A DNA stretch of 32,000 bases from Vibrio cholerae ATCC 14035 (GTDB lineage Bacteria > Pseudomonadota > Gammaproteobacteria > Enterobacterales > Vibrionaceae), in the NCBI RefSeq assembly GCF_000621645.1, contig NZ_JHXR01000001.1, forward strand, positions 270,001 to 302,000, read 5' to 3'. This document shows positions 21,446-28,955 of this stretch, piece after piece. Position numbers and translations under genes: made by a program. Each line of letters starts with the position of its first letter. The first letter of the stretch is position 1. Below the pieces are notes generated by a model. The model did no database searches and had not been told where the DNA came from. It saw only the letters and a program-made list of their open reading frames with translations.

Positions 21446-22306
21446 ATGGCAAAGATTGCATGGCGAGAAGCAAGCGCACTGGATCCATCGCTGTTGTCAT
21501 TAAATCACTTTTTCTCTGTGCCGCCAGAATATGCGCAGACCTTGACCGGAGGTCTCACTAATCGTTGCTGGAAAATCGTTGCGGGCGATCGTGCTTTCGT
21601 GTGGCGTCCAGCAACGCCTATTACCAAAGCTTTCTCTATTTCTCGATTTCAAGAGTATCAAATCCTCAAAGCGATTGAGCATGATCATATCGGCCCGAAA
21701 GCCGAACTGGTTAATGAACACGGCTTGCTTGTGGAATGGATCGATGGCGAATCACTGCGTGATGGTATCGCTTTTGACGTGGTATTGAAAACGCAAACGC
21801 GCATTCATGAGTTGGATATCCATCGCATTCCGGTAGCGCCTTTTAACTATCTTGGTCGAGTTGACCACTACTGGCTACAGATCCGAGATGACCTGAAAAC
21901 CGATGAGGTTAAAGCGCTCTATGAGCAGTGGCGGTCTGTGCCCAATCTCACCGATGTGGGGCAAGTGCTTTGTCACTTTGATCTGGCTGGCTATAACATG
22001 GTGAAAACCGAGCAAGGACAAAGAGTCATCGATTGGGAATACGCCGCCTTGGCCGATCCGCGCATTGATTTAGCGCTGAGTATTGATGTCGCTGGTGAAA
22101 ACGTACTTGATGCGGTATTCCGTTACTGCCAACGGCGCGAATTATCCGATATCGATGCTTGGGTCTCTGGTGTTCAAGCTTGGCGACCGCGTACCACTAT
22201 GATGGCAATGCTCTGGTATCTATTGGCTTATCAACTTTGGGCTGACGAACTTTATCGAGATCAGGCGCAGCAACTTGCACAGACTTTGCAGTCGAACCAA
22301 GGCTAG
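21446..22306 (+). CDS. thiK: Thiamine kinase (aminoglycoside/choline kinase-fold)
   Basis: The ATG at 21446 is preceded by ggaaggag. Kinase-fold motifs CHFDLAGYNMV (HxDxxxxN) and VIDWEYA. Its position after lpoB matches E. coli ycfN/thiK. The function is inferred from synteny plus the fold motifs. Confidence 0.65.
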   Translation: MAKIAWREASALDPSLLSLNHFFSVPPEYAQTLTGGLTNRCWKIVAGDRAFVWRPATPITKAFSISRFQEYQILKAIEHDHIGPKAELVNEHGLLVEWIDGESLRDGIAFDVVLKTQTRIHELDIHRIPVAPFNYLGRVDHYWLQIRDDLKTDEVKALYEQWRSVPNLTDVGQVLCHFDLAGYNMVKTEQGQRVIDWEYAALADPRIDLALSIDVAGENVLDAVFRYCQRRELSDIDAWVSGVQAWRPRTTMMAMLWYLLAYQLWADELYRDQAQQLAQTLQSNQG

Positions 22307-22485
22307 CCAAAAGCATAACCAAGCATTACGTGATGAGCGGATGCTGCCGTCAGCGGTAACCTTGTTTGGAGAAATGCGGTTCAAATTCTCTTTACGGTGA
22401 AATTCTCTTTACTGATAGTCTACTAGGCTGTTTAAAACCATACTCTTCGTGGTAGATTAAAACCTCAAGGAACGGGGGAGACATT

Positions 22486-23025
22486 ATGATTATTTACTTA
22501 CACGGATTCGATTCAAATAGCCCGGGTAACCATGAAAAAGTGCTGCAATTGCAATTCATTGATAGCGATGTGCGTTTCATTAATTACAGCACCTTACATC
22601 CCAAACATGATATGCAACATCTACTGAAAGAGGTGCATAAGGCGATCGAGCAGTCTGGCGATCCAAATCCACTGATTTGCGGTGTCGGGCTCGGTGGTTA
22701 TTGGTCTGAGCGGATTGGTTTTTTGTGTGGAATAAAGCAGGTTATCTTTAACCCTAACTTGCATCCTGAATTGACGATGCAGGGGCGCATTGATCGCCCA
22801 GAAGAGTACGAAGACATCTCCACCAAATGCGTTGAAAAATTCCGAGCGAAGAATCAAGGTCGTTGTCTGGTGATCCTATCCCGTCAGGATGAAATTCACG
22901 ATAACCAGAAAACCGCGCAAGAGCTACAAGACTATTACGACATTGTTTGGGATGACACTCAAACGCATAAATTCAAAAAAATCTCTCATCATTTGCAAGC
23001 GATGAAAGCCTTCAAAGCGGCTTAG
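22486..23025 (+). CDS. ycfP: YcfP/YqiA-family alpha/beta-hydrolase (UPF0227 esterase)
   Basis: 179-aa ORF beginning [19 protein letters not shown], with a nucleophile-elbow-like GVGLGG. It precedes ndh, as in E. coli. Confidence 0.85.
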   Translation: MIIYLHGFDSNSPGNHEKVLQLQFIDSDVRFINYSTLHPKHDMQHLLKEVHKAIEQSGDPNPLICGVGLGGYWSERIGFLCGIKQVIFNPNLHPELTMQGRIDRPEEYEDISTKCVEKFRAKNQGRCLVILSRQDEIHDNQKTAQELQDYYDIVWDDTQTHKFKKISHHLQAMKAFKAA

Positions 23026-23049
23026 TTTCCCTAAGCGATGCGATCTTGA

Positions 23050-23075
23050 ACAGCCTCTTTTAGAGGCTGTTTTTA
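23050..23075 (+). terminator. Rho-independent terminator of ycfP
   Basis: cagcctc-tttta-gaggctg followed by TTTTT. Confidence 0.8.
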
Positions 23076-23122
23076 CTTATCCAAACCCACAAAAAATCTA
23101 ATGAGAATGGCTTAATCTGTGG

Positions 23123-23150
23123 TTGCGTGATGAAATCAGCCCTATATAAT
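23123..23150 (+). promoter_or_regulatory. Candidate sigma70 promoter for ndh
   Basis: TTGCGT (23123-23128), a 16-nt spacer, then the consensus TATAAT (23145-23150). Confidence 0.4.
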
Positions 23151-23168
23151 GACCAGCACTAAGATTTG

Positions 23169-23182
23169 TTGATAAATATCAA
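23169..23182. promoter_or_regulatory. Perfect FNR-type box TTGAT-N4-ATCAA upstream of ndh
   Basis: ttgataaatatcaa matches both consensus half-sites exactly. It lies about 20 nt downstream of the candidate -10 and about 207 nt upstream of the ndh start. Confidence 0.55.
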
Positions 23183-23382
23183 AATAAATTGAGAGCGAGT
23201 GGAAAACTTGCCGATTATTTGTGTTAGCGCAGCTTTTTGCTGCCGAGTAACGTGCCACTGAGAGTAACCAAACCTCACCCAAGTCTGCTGGATGTTAAAC
23301 GCATCATGGCGATAACAGATTCCCTCAGCACGAGCAATCGGGCTGGATAATAATTATTCATCTTTATTTGAGGATTGTTGTT

Positions 23383-24672
23383 GTGACACGAATTATCGTT
23401 GTAGGTGGTGGCGCTGGCGGTTTAGAGCTGGTGACCAAACTGGGTCGCACACTCGGGCGCAAAGGTCGAGCCAATGTAACCTTGGTGGATCGCAATTCAA
23501 GTCATCTCTGGAAACCTTTGTTGCATGAAGTGGCAACAGGTTCATTGGATGAAGGCGTAGATGCGCTGAGTTACCGCGCACATGCGAAAAATCATAGCTT
23601 CGATTTCCAGCTCGGTAGCTTAGCGTCGATTGATCGTGAAAGTAAAACGATCACGCTCAGTGAACTGAAAGATGAGCATGGTGAGCTGCTGATGCCAAAG
23701 CGTGATTTAGAATACGATATTCTGGTATTAGCGATTGGCTCGACGTCTAATGATTTCAATACTCCGGGCGTGAAAGAGCACTGTATTTTCCTAGATAGCC
23801 CAGAGCAAGCAAACCGTTTCCGTACGGAAATGAACAACGAGTTTTTGAAGCTGCACGCGAAAAACGGTCAAGGTTCTGTGGATATCGCTATCGTTGGCGC
23901 GGGCGCAACAGGTGTTGAGCTATCGGCTGAATTACATAATGCGGTCAAAGAGTTACGCACTTATGGATTTGGTGACCTCGATTCAAGCAAGCTGAACGTG
24001 AACTTGATTGAAGCGGGTGAGCGTATTTTGCCAGCACTGCCACCACGCATTTCGGCGGCAGCACACCAAGAGTTGACTAAGTTAGGCGTCAATGTACGCA
24101 CGATGACCATGGTGACCAAAGCGGAGAAAGATGGCCTGACGACCAAAGATGGCGAAAAGATTTCTGCGCACATCATGGTTTGGGCTGCTGGGATCAAAGC
24201 ACCTGATTTCATGAAAGACATCGCAGGCCTTGAAACGAACCGGATTAACCAATTGGTCGTGAAAGGCACACTACAAACCACACGTGATGATGACATCTTT
24301 GTCATTGGCGACTTAGCCCAGTGCACACAGGCGGATGGCAAATTTGTACCACCTCGCGCACAGGCGGCGCACCAAATGGCTTCACTGGCATTTCGTAATA
24401 TTGTGGCCAAAATGTATGGCCGCGAGCTCAAAGCTTACGTTTATAAAGATCATGGCTCACTGGTTTCCCTCAGTCGTTTCTCAACGGTCGGTAGCCTAAT
24501 GGGTAACTTAACTCGTGGCTCTATGATGGTCGAAGGGCGTATTGCTCGCGTGGTGTACATCTCTTTATACCGTATGCACCAAATGGCGCTGCACGGCATG
24601 ATTAAAACCGGTTTGATGATGTTGGTGGGGCGTATTAACCGCGTTCTGCGTCCAAACCTCAAGCTACACTAA
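23383..24672 (+). CDS. ndh: Type II NADH:quinone oxidoreductase (NDH-2)
   Basis: The GTG at 23383 is preceded by gagga at 8 nt and gives 429 aa, beginning [58 protein letters not shown], close to E. coli Ndh. A second dinucleotide fold is [12 protein letters not shown]. Confidence 0.93.
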   Translation: MTRIIVVGGGAGGLELVTKLGRTLGRKGRANVTLVDRNSSHLWKPLLHEVATGSLDEGVDALSYRAHAKNHSFDFQLGSLASIDRESKTITLSELKDEHGELLMPKRDLEYDILVLAIGSTSNDFNTPGVKEHCIFLDSPEQANRFRTEMNNEFLKLHAKNGQGSVDIAIVGAGATGVELSAELHNAVKELRTYGFGDLDSSKLNVNLIEAGERILPALPPRISAAAHQELTKLGVNVRTMTMVTKAEKDGLTTKDGEKISAHIMVWAAGIKAPDFMKDIAGLETNRINQLVVKGTLQTTRDDDIFVIGDLAQCTQADGKFVPPRAQAAHQMASLAFRNIVAKMYGRELKAYVYKDHGSLVSLSRFSTVGSLMGNLTRGSMMVEGRIARVVYISLYRMHQMALHGMIKTGLMMLVGRINRVLRPNLKLH

Positions 24673-24686
24673 TCATGTTAGATAGA

Positions 24687-24718
24687 ATCAAGCGGCACTC
24701 GTAGCCGCTTGATTTTTA
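24687..24718 (+). terminator. Rho-independent terminator of ndh
   Basis: atcaagcggc-actcgta-gccgcttgat followed by TTTT. Confidence 0.8.
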
Positions 24719-24784
24719 TATGTCCCCAAACGAAAGGGGGGCCGTTAGGCGGTCAGTCAGTGTATGTCTATCAACATAGACAGG

Positions 24785-25321
24785 CTATGGAATTAAAGAG
24801 AACACAATGCCGGCTTTCGGCTCGCCAGCATACAAAAAGCGGTTGGGTGCTAACTGCTCTCGATTGGCGCCACAGCGCAGCGCTAATGCCTGACTGGGTA
24901 CATTTTCCGGATCACAAACGATCTCCAAACGTGTTAATTCCAAACGCTCAAAACAGAATAAAATCAGCGCAGTGAGTGCTTCCTTACCATAGCCTTGTCT
25001 TTGATAACGATCCCCAATCCAATACCCCAGACTGGCCATATTGAAAGTATGGTAAAACTCATTAATCGCCACCATCCCGACTAAGGTTTGCGTTTGTCGT
25101 TCAAATACGCCAAATCCATAAGCTTCGGCTTTAACCCAATTAAGTCGTGTGGCTTGAATAAACTGCTCTGCTTCTTGCTGGCTAAACAACGCATGACACC
25201 AATCCACCCATTGATGAAGCGTTTGTGACTGACGAATACACTGTACCAACTCTTCAGCTTCATCGGCAGTGATGAGGCGAAGCTGCAAGCGTTGAGTGAC
25301 GATTTGAAAATCCGGAGTCAT
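24785..25321 (-). CDS. GNAT-family N-acetyltransferase (RimJ/RimL-like)
   Basis: 178-aa ORF with the acetyl-CoA motif QRQGYGKEAL and the RimJ/RimL-type layout (LRLITADEAEEL ... LTRLEIVCDPENVPSQALALRCG). SD aagga. Confidence 0.75.
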   Translation of the reverse strand: MTPDFQIVTQRLQLRLITADEAEELVQCIRQSQTLHQWVDWCHALFSQQEAEQFIQATRLNWVKAEAYGFGVFERQTQTLVGMVAINEFYHTFNMASLGYWIGDRYQRQGYGKEALTALILFCFERLELTRLEIVCDPENVPSQALALRCGANREQLAPNRFLYAGEPKAGIVFSLIP

Positions 25322-25345
25322 GGTTTATTCCTTTATCTTTTTATG

Positions 25346-25468
25346 TATACCCAAACGACTTGGAGTTAGGAGGCAAGTGGGAGCATCCCCATGAGCATAG
25401 AAAGTTCTATGATTGGGGGAATGATCCTAGCCAAGACCACAGCGCTTCAAGTAGGAAAGGTATCATCC
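25346..25468 (+). repeat. ERIC/IRU-like imperfect-palindromic intergenic repeat, copy 2 (inverted relative to copy 1)
   Basis: See copy 1. It starts 25 nt upstream of the GNAT start codon and lies about 100 nt from the bap1 terminator. The ORF-track ORFs at 25360-25635 and 25470-25685 fall in this non-coding region. Confidence 0.75.
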
Positions 25469-25564
25469 GATGCACTCGACTCTTGATTATAAGCAACGAA
25501 GTAAGATTTGTGGAAAATCAGTGGCTTTGTGGCGTAAGAGTGGAAGAAGATGTGAGCATAGCGA

Positions 25565-25592
25565 TAAAAAAGCCGCTCCGGATGGAGCGGCT
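25565..25592 (-). terminator. Rho-independent terminator of bap1
   Basis: On the minus strand: agccgctcc-atcc-ggagcggct followed by TTTTTT, 14 nt after the stop codon. Confidence 0.85.
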
Positions 25593-25605
25593 GGCAGAAG
25601 TATCT

Positions 25606-27681
25606 TTACTTCAGCGGAACGCGAATGGTCGCTGAACGGAAGCTGTTGTGGGTTAACCAGCTTGGTTGTGCATTCGTTGGGATAGTACCGTTGGCGTTAA
25701 TATCTGAGAAATTAAACGCGTACTGGTTCCAGATACGAGTCGCATTTCGCCAAGGCTTGCTTGGATTGGCGGACTCATACACAAACACACCGTGGTTGAC
25801 TTGGCTTTCGCGATCGTAGTCATTGGCAACCATGATCAGTGAAGCGTTATTGTTGCCTTCTAAGTCTGCCACGACTGGGTATTCCCACAAGGTGCCAGAA
25901 GAGTTCGCAATAATGCCCATCACACGGCCCGTTTGGCCATCGAGAATACGCATTCTCAAACGATCTTGAACCAACACTTCATCAATACCATCACCGGTAA
26001 AGTCGTAAGCGGAGACACCAATTTTGCCGCTGTTCAGGTCATCGTTAGCCACAGACCACACTTTGTTGCCTTGCGCATCGTACATATCAACCGCGTAGTA
26101 ACCCGCGTACACAATGCCCATGTGTGATTGGTCAGCAGTCACTTTACCAACTAGGAACTGCACCGCATTGACTTGCTGTTTGTGTTTAAAGAGGTGTTTC
26201 TCTTTACTCCATACATTCATACCCAAGAGCTGTGAGCCTTGTGGAATGTCATAGCGTACTGTGGTCGATTTCGACAGTGTCACAGGAACGGCATAAGGGA
26301 TGGTTTTCTCTTTCCATACTGGCGCTAAATAAGCCACTTGTTTAGTGTGCCAGCCAAAGAACCAGTAAGAGACGGTTTTGGTACGCCACTCAACACCTAG
26401 ATAAGGAACCGTTTTAGTTTTCCACTCTAATCCTAGATAAGTAAACGCAGAATCTTTTGACCCCACAGTGACTTTTGCGCCGTTATCGAGAGTAAAACTC
26501 ATCTCGAGGACACCATACTTCCAGGTGTATTTGTTTTTACCGTAAGTCACATCAATGGCACGGACTTTACTGGTATCAATTGTGCTCAGTGAGCCACCGC
26601 TGCCGCCGATCATGTTTTGGCTATTAGCACCAATTGCATCGACTACAGCACCAGAACGAATCGCTAACTGATGATTTTCTGCGAGAACACGTTGTTGATG
26701 TGCCCAGTCGGTGTAGCCATAAACGGCAGACTGAGCATCAACAGTGGTTGCACTGGAGCTTGGTTTACCCAGAAAACTGGAGACGGCTTGTACGCTACCA
26801 CCTGGGTTAGATAGGTTGTTGACTCGCCATTTCACTGAGCCATCATGCTCAAGCACAGCGATTTCACTGTTCTCGGGTGTGCTCAAAGACGCTGGAACCG
26901 ACACGACCAGTTCAGGCTTATCATCGCCATCAAGGTTTGCTACGGAAGAGAACCAAACGGTGTCATTGGCTTGGTATTGCCATAGGTAAGCGCCGTTGTT
27001 TTGATAGAGTGTACCGTTGGCAAAGACTTCACGTTGGCCATCGCCATTGCTATCAAACGCAATCGAACTTGGTGCCCAATCATGACTAAAGAGCAAGCCT
27101 GATTCGTAACTATAAACACCATCGGCAGCCAGAATTTCAATGTTGCCATCGCCATTAATGTCTGCCAGTGCAATATCACCTACAGAACGCCAGCCTGAAG
27201 CAGATTTCAGCAGTTGCTTTTTGATGTTGCCTTGGTGGTCCAGAATATTGATATAAGGTGTCAACGCGCTGGTGGAGACGATTTCAATCAGTCCGTCACC
27301 ATCGAGATCCGCGGCTGCTGGTGCATAGCGAGCATCGGCAATCACGCCTCCATTGCTATAACTCCACAATTCAGAGCCATCCACACCGCTCAGGGCGCGG
27401 ATATAACCACCATTCGCGTACTTATTACCTTCAAAGGTGACCACAATAATGTCAGCCACATCTTTCTCATCAATTTTGCCATCGCCATTATCGTCGTTGA
27501 GTTGTACGACAATTGGCGCGGCCATCACCTGATTGGACTCAGGATGAAAAACGCTGGTAGACCAAGACCATTTCAATTTGGTCTGTATATCACTGCTGCT
27601 TGACGCGAATGCGGTGCTTTGAGTCATTAAATGGCTCAACGCGAGAACGCTTATCGCGGTCAACGTTTTTGTCTGTTTCAT
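25606..27681 (-). CDS. bap1: Secreted biofilm matrix adhesin Bap1: FG-GAP/VCBS beta-propeller interrupted by a beta-prism (jacalin-like) lectin domain
   Basis: 691-aa ORF with signal peptide MKQTKTLTAISVLALSHLMTQSTAFA. At least seven Ca-binding DxDxDG-type blade motifs (NDDNGDGKID, DLDGDGLIE, DINGDGNIE, DSNGDGQRE, NLDGDDKPE, then FTGDGIDE and DLEGNNNAS). An insertion of about 225 aa between them contains IGGSGGS...VRAIDVTYG...FTLDNGAKVTVG. The length, architecture and position next to csiV and mfd match my recollection of V. cholerae Bap1. Confidence 0.8.
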   Translation of the reverse strand: MKQTKTLTAISVLALSHLMTQSTAFASSSSDIQTKLKWSWSTSVFHPESNQVMAAPIVVQLNDDNGDGKIDEKDVADIIVVTFEGNKYANGGYIRALSGVDGSELWSYSNGGVIADARYAPAAADLDGDGLIEIVSTSALTPYINILDHQGNIKKQLLKSASGWRSVGDIALADINGDGNIEILAADGVYSYESGLLFSHDWAPSSIAFDSNGDGQREVFANGTLYQNNGAYLWQYQANDTVWFSSVANLDGDDKPELVVSVPASLSTPENSEIAVLEHDGSVKWRVNNLSNPGGSVQAVSSFLGKPSSSATTVDAQSAVYGYTDWAHQQRVLAENHQLAIRSGAVVDAIGANSQNMIGGSGGSLSTIDTSKVRAIDVTYGKNKYTWKYGVLEMSFTLDNGAKVTVGSKDSAFTYLGLEWKTKTVPYLGVEWRTKTVSYWFFGWHTKQVAYLAPVWKEKTIPYAVPVTLSKSTTVRYDIPQGSQLLGMNVWSKEKHLFKHKQQVNAVQFLVGKVTADQSHMGIVYAGYYAVDMYDAQGNKVWSVANDDLNSGKIGVSAYDFTGDGIDEVLVQDRLRMRILDGQTGRVMGIIANSSGTLWEYPVVADLEGNNNASLIMVANDYDRESQVNHGVFVYESANPSKPWRNATRIWNQYAFNFSDINANGTIPTNAQPSWLTHNSFRSATIRVPLK
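26296..26439 (-). repeat. Four in-frame tandem 36-nt (12-aa) repeats inside bap1
   Basis: Protein residues 415-462: YLGLEWKTKTVP / YLGVEWRTKTVS / YWFFGWHTKQVA / YLAPVWKEKTIP. The 36-nt period is visible in the DNA (ccactc...cctagataag recurring). A degenerate fifth unit follows. Confidence 0.85.
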
Positions 27682-27967
27682 GGCTTGACCTTCATCTCTC
27701 TTGACAGTTCGAGTGGGTTGTATAATGAGTTTCCTTACTCTCTCGTTAGATTGATGCGCAAATACGTGGAAGAGATGGTGGCATCAATAACGATATGCTG
27801 AGAGCGATAAGATTATCAGTGGCAAATACTAGAGGGTTCAACCCACTCAAAGGCTTATAAAGGCGAGTTCTTGTTTGATAGACAAATCCACTCATTAAAT
27901 GTGAGAGAGTGGATCATTTTTGAAACAGACGGGAGGTAGCACTAACAACTTTGCTCTCTAGAAGGGG

Positions 27968-28006
27968 GTGAGTTTGAATCCGCTTAAAGCGCGTATTCAA
28001 ACTCAC
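27968..28006 (-). terminator. Long hairpin just downstream of csiV (non-canonical terminator or RNA-stabilising element)
   Basis: Perfect 12-bp stem gtgagtttgaat / attcaaactcac with a 15-nt loop that holds an inner cgctt/aagcg stem. It lies 10 nt after the csiV stop. There is no U-tract on either strand. Confidence 0.4.
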
Positions 28007-28015
28007 GATCGAGTC

Positions 28016-28780
28016 TTACTCAGCAACGCGGCGGACTTGAATGATCACGCCCATGAGAGGGTGATCCAGATAGTGGGTTTCACCACTGCGCATACGGCGT
28101 TTCTGATCGAGACGATAACTTTTCAGGAAGGTTTCTTCCTGAACTTTAGGTGAGACCGATTCAAGCATGCCGGCTTGTACCGTTGCGCCTTGTTCTTCAT
28201 TAGTGCCCAATTCTAAAGGCGAGTCTTGCAATACGACTTCGCGTACCGAGGGCTTTTTCAAATCCAGCACGGCTTCAGCAAACAAAAAGTGCTGAACGTA
28301 AATTTGTAAAGTGCCATCAAGTTCATACAGCGGGTTGGCGATGCTCATTTCACTGACACCATCTACGGGGGCGGTGACTGTGCTGCCAACTGGGCTTCCA
28401 TTGGCTTGAAACTGCCCAGAAAAATCTCGACCTGCTTGAATATGGAATACAGGAGCGGATTGGCGACCCTGATCATTTTGACGCCAAGCGGTATGCAGTA
28501 ACACATTGAAGCCTGCGTGGTTGCGTAATTTCTGCGCTTCACTATTGAGTTGATAAGCGGAGCTTGGCAATAGTGTTACGCCTTTACTTTGGCGAAAGCT
28601 AACATCGGCAAAACTGCCTGCGCGATCAACATTGATGGCAGGTAAGCTGTTAGGCCAAGACTCACTCACTTTTTCCGCATCTACTGCTCGTTTAAAAATG
28701 ATCACTTCAATATCAAACTGCCGAGCCGCCATGCTGGGCATTGCAATCAGCAACAGCAGCAGTGGGATCAATCTTTTCAT
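28016..28780 (-). CDS. csiV: Periplasmic peptidoglycan-binding protein CsiV-like (PBP1A/LpoA pathway factor in V. cholerae)
   Basis: The ATG at 28780 is preceded by ggag at 6 nt and gives 254 aa with signal peptide MKRLIPLLLLLIAMPSMAA. The mature N-terminus is RQFDIEVIIFKR. The identification rests on my recollection that csiV is the gene next to mfd in V. cholerae and on the family N-terminal motif. Confidence 0.55.
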   Translation of the reverse strand: MKRLIPLLLLLIAMPSMAARQFDIEVIIFKRAVDAEKVSESWPNSLPAINVDRAGSFADVSFRQSKGVTLLPSSAYQLNSEAQKLRNHAGFNVLLHTAWRQNDQGRQSAPVFHIQAGRDFSGQFQANGSPVGSTVTAPVDGVSEMSIANPLYELDGTLQIYVQHFLFAEAVLDLKKPSVREVVLQDSPLELGTNEEQGATVQAGMLESVSPKVQEETFLKSYRLDQKRRMRSGETHYLDHPLMGVIIQVRRVAE

Positions 28781-28955
28781 TGTCACTCCATCGTTCAGTG
28801 TTTCACACTGGGTCATTACTGGTGATTTTTTCTATATCCCTTGCGAATGAATCCCGCGAAGAGATTGGCTTAGTTCATTCGCCCTAATCTTAGTGTTATC
28901 TCGCGATTAAAGGCGTACTGATTTGCCGCTTACCTGTCCTATCAATTTGAGAATC

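Noticed and set aside
24709-24975. 88-aa + strand ORF starting in the ndh/GNAT spacer.
   Set aside because: Most of it is antisense to the well-supported GNAT gene. It has no SD and an implausible composition.
25360-25685. Two overlapping + strand ORFs (91 aa and 71 aa) between the GNAT gene and bap1.
   Set aside because: They run across the ERIC-like repeat, the bap1 terminator and into the bap1 3' end in antisense. Neither has an SD, and both are better explained as chance frames in structured non-coding DNA.
27966-28010. tRNA-like T-arm resemblance (gtttgaatcc) in the hairpin downstream of csiV.
   Set aside because: There is no acceptor, D or anticodon arm geometry. The sequence is simply a 12-bp inverted repeat.
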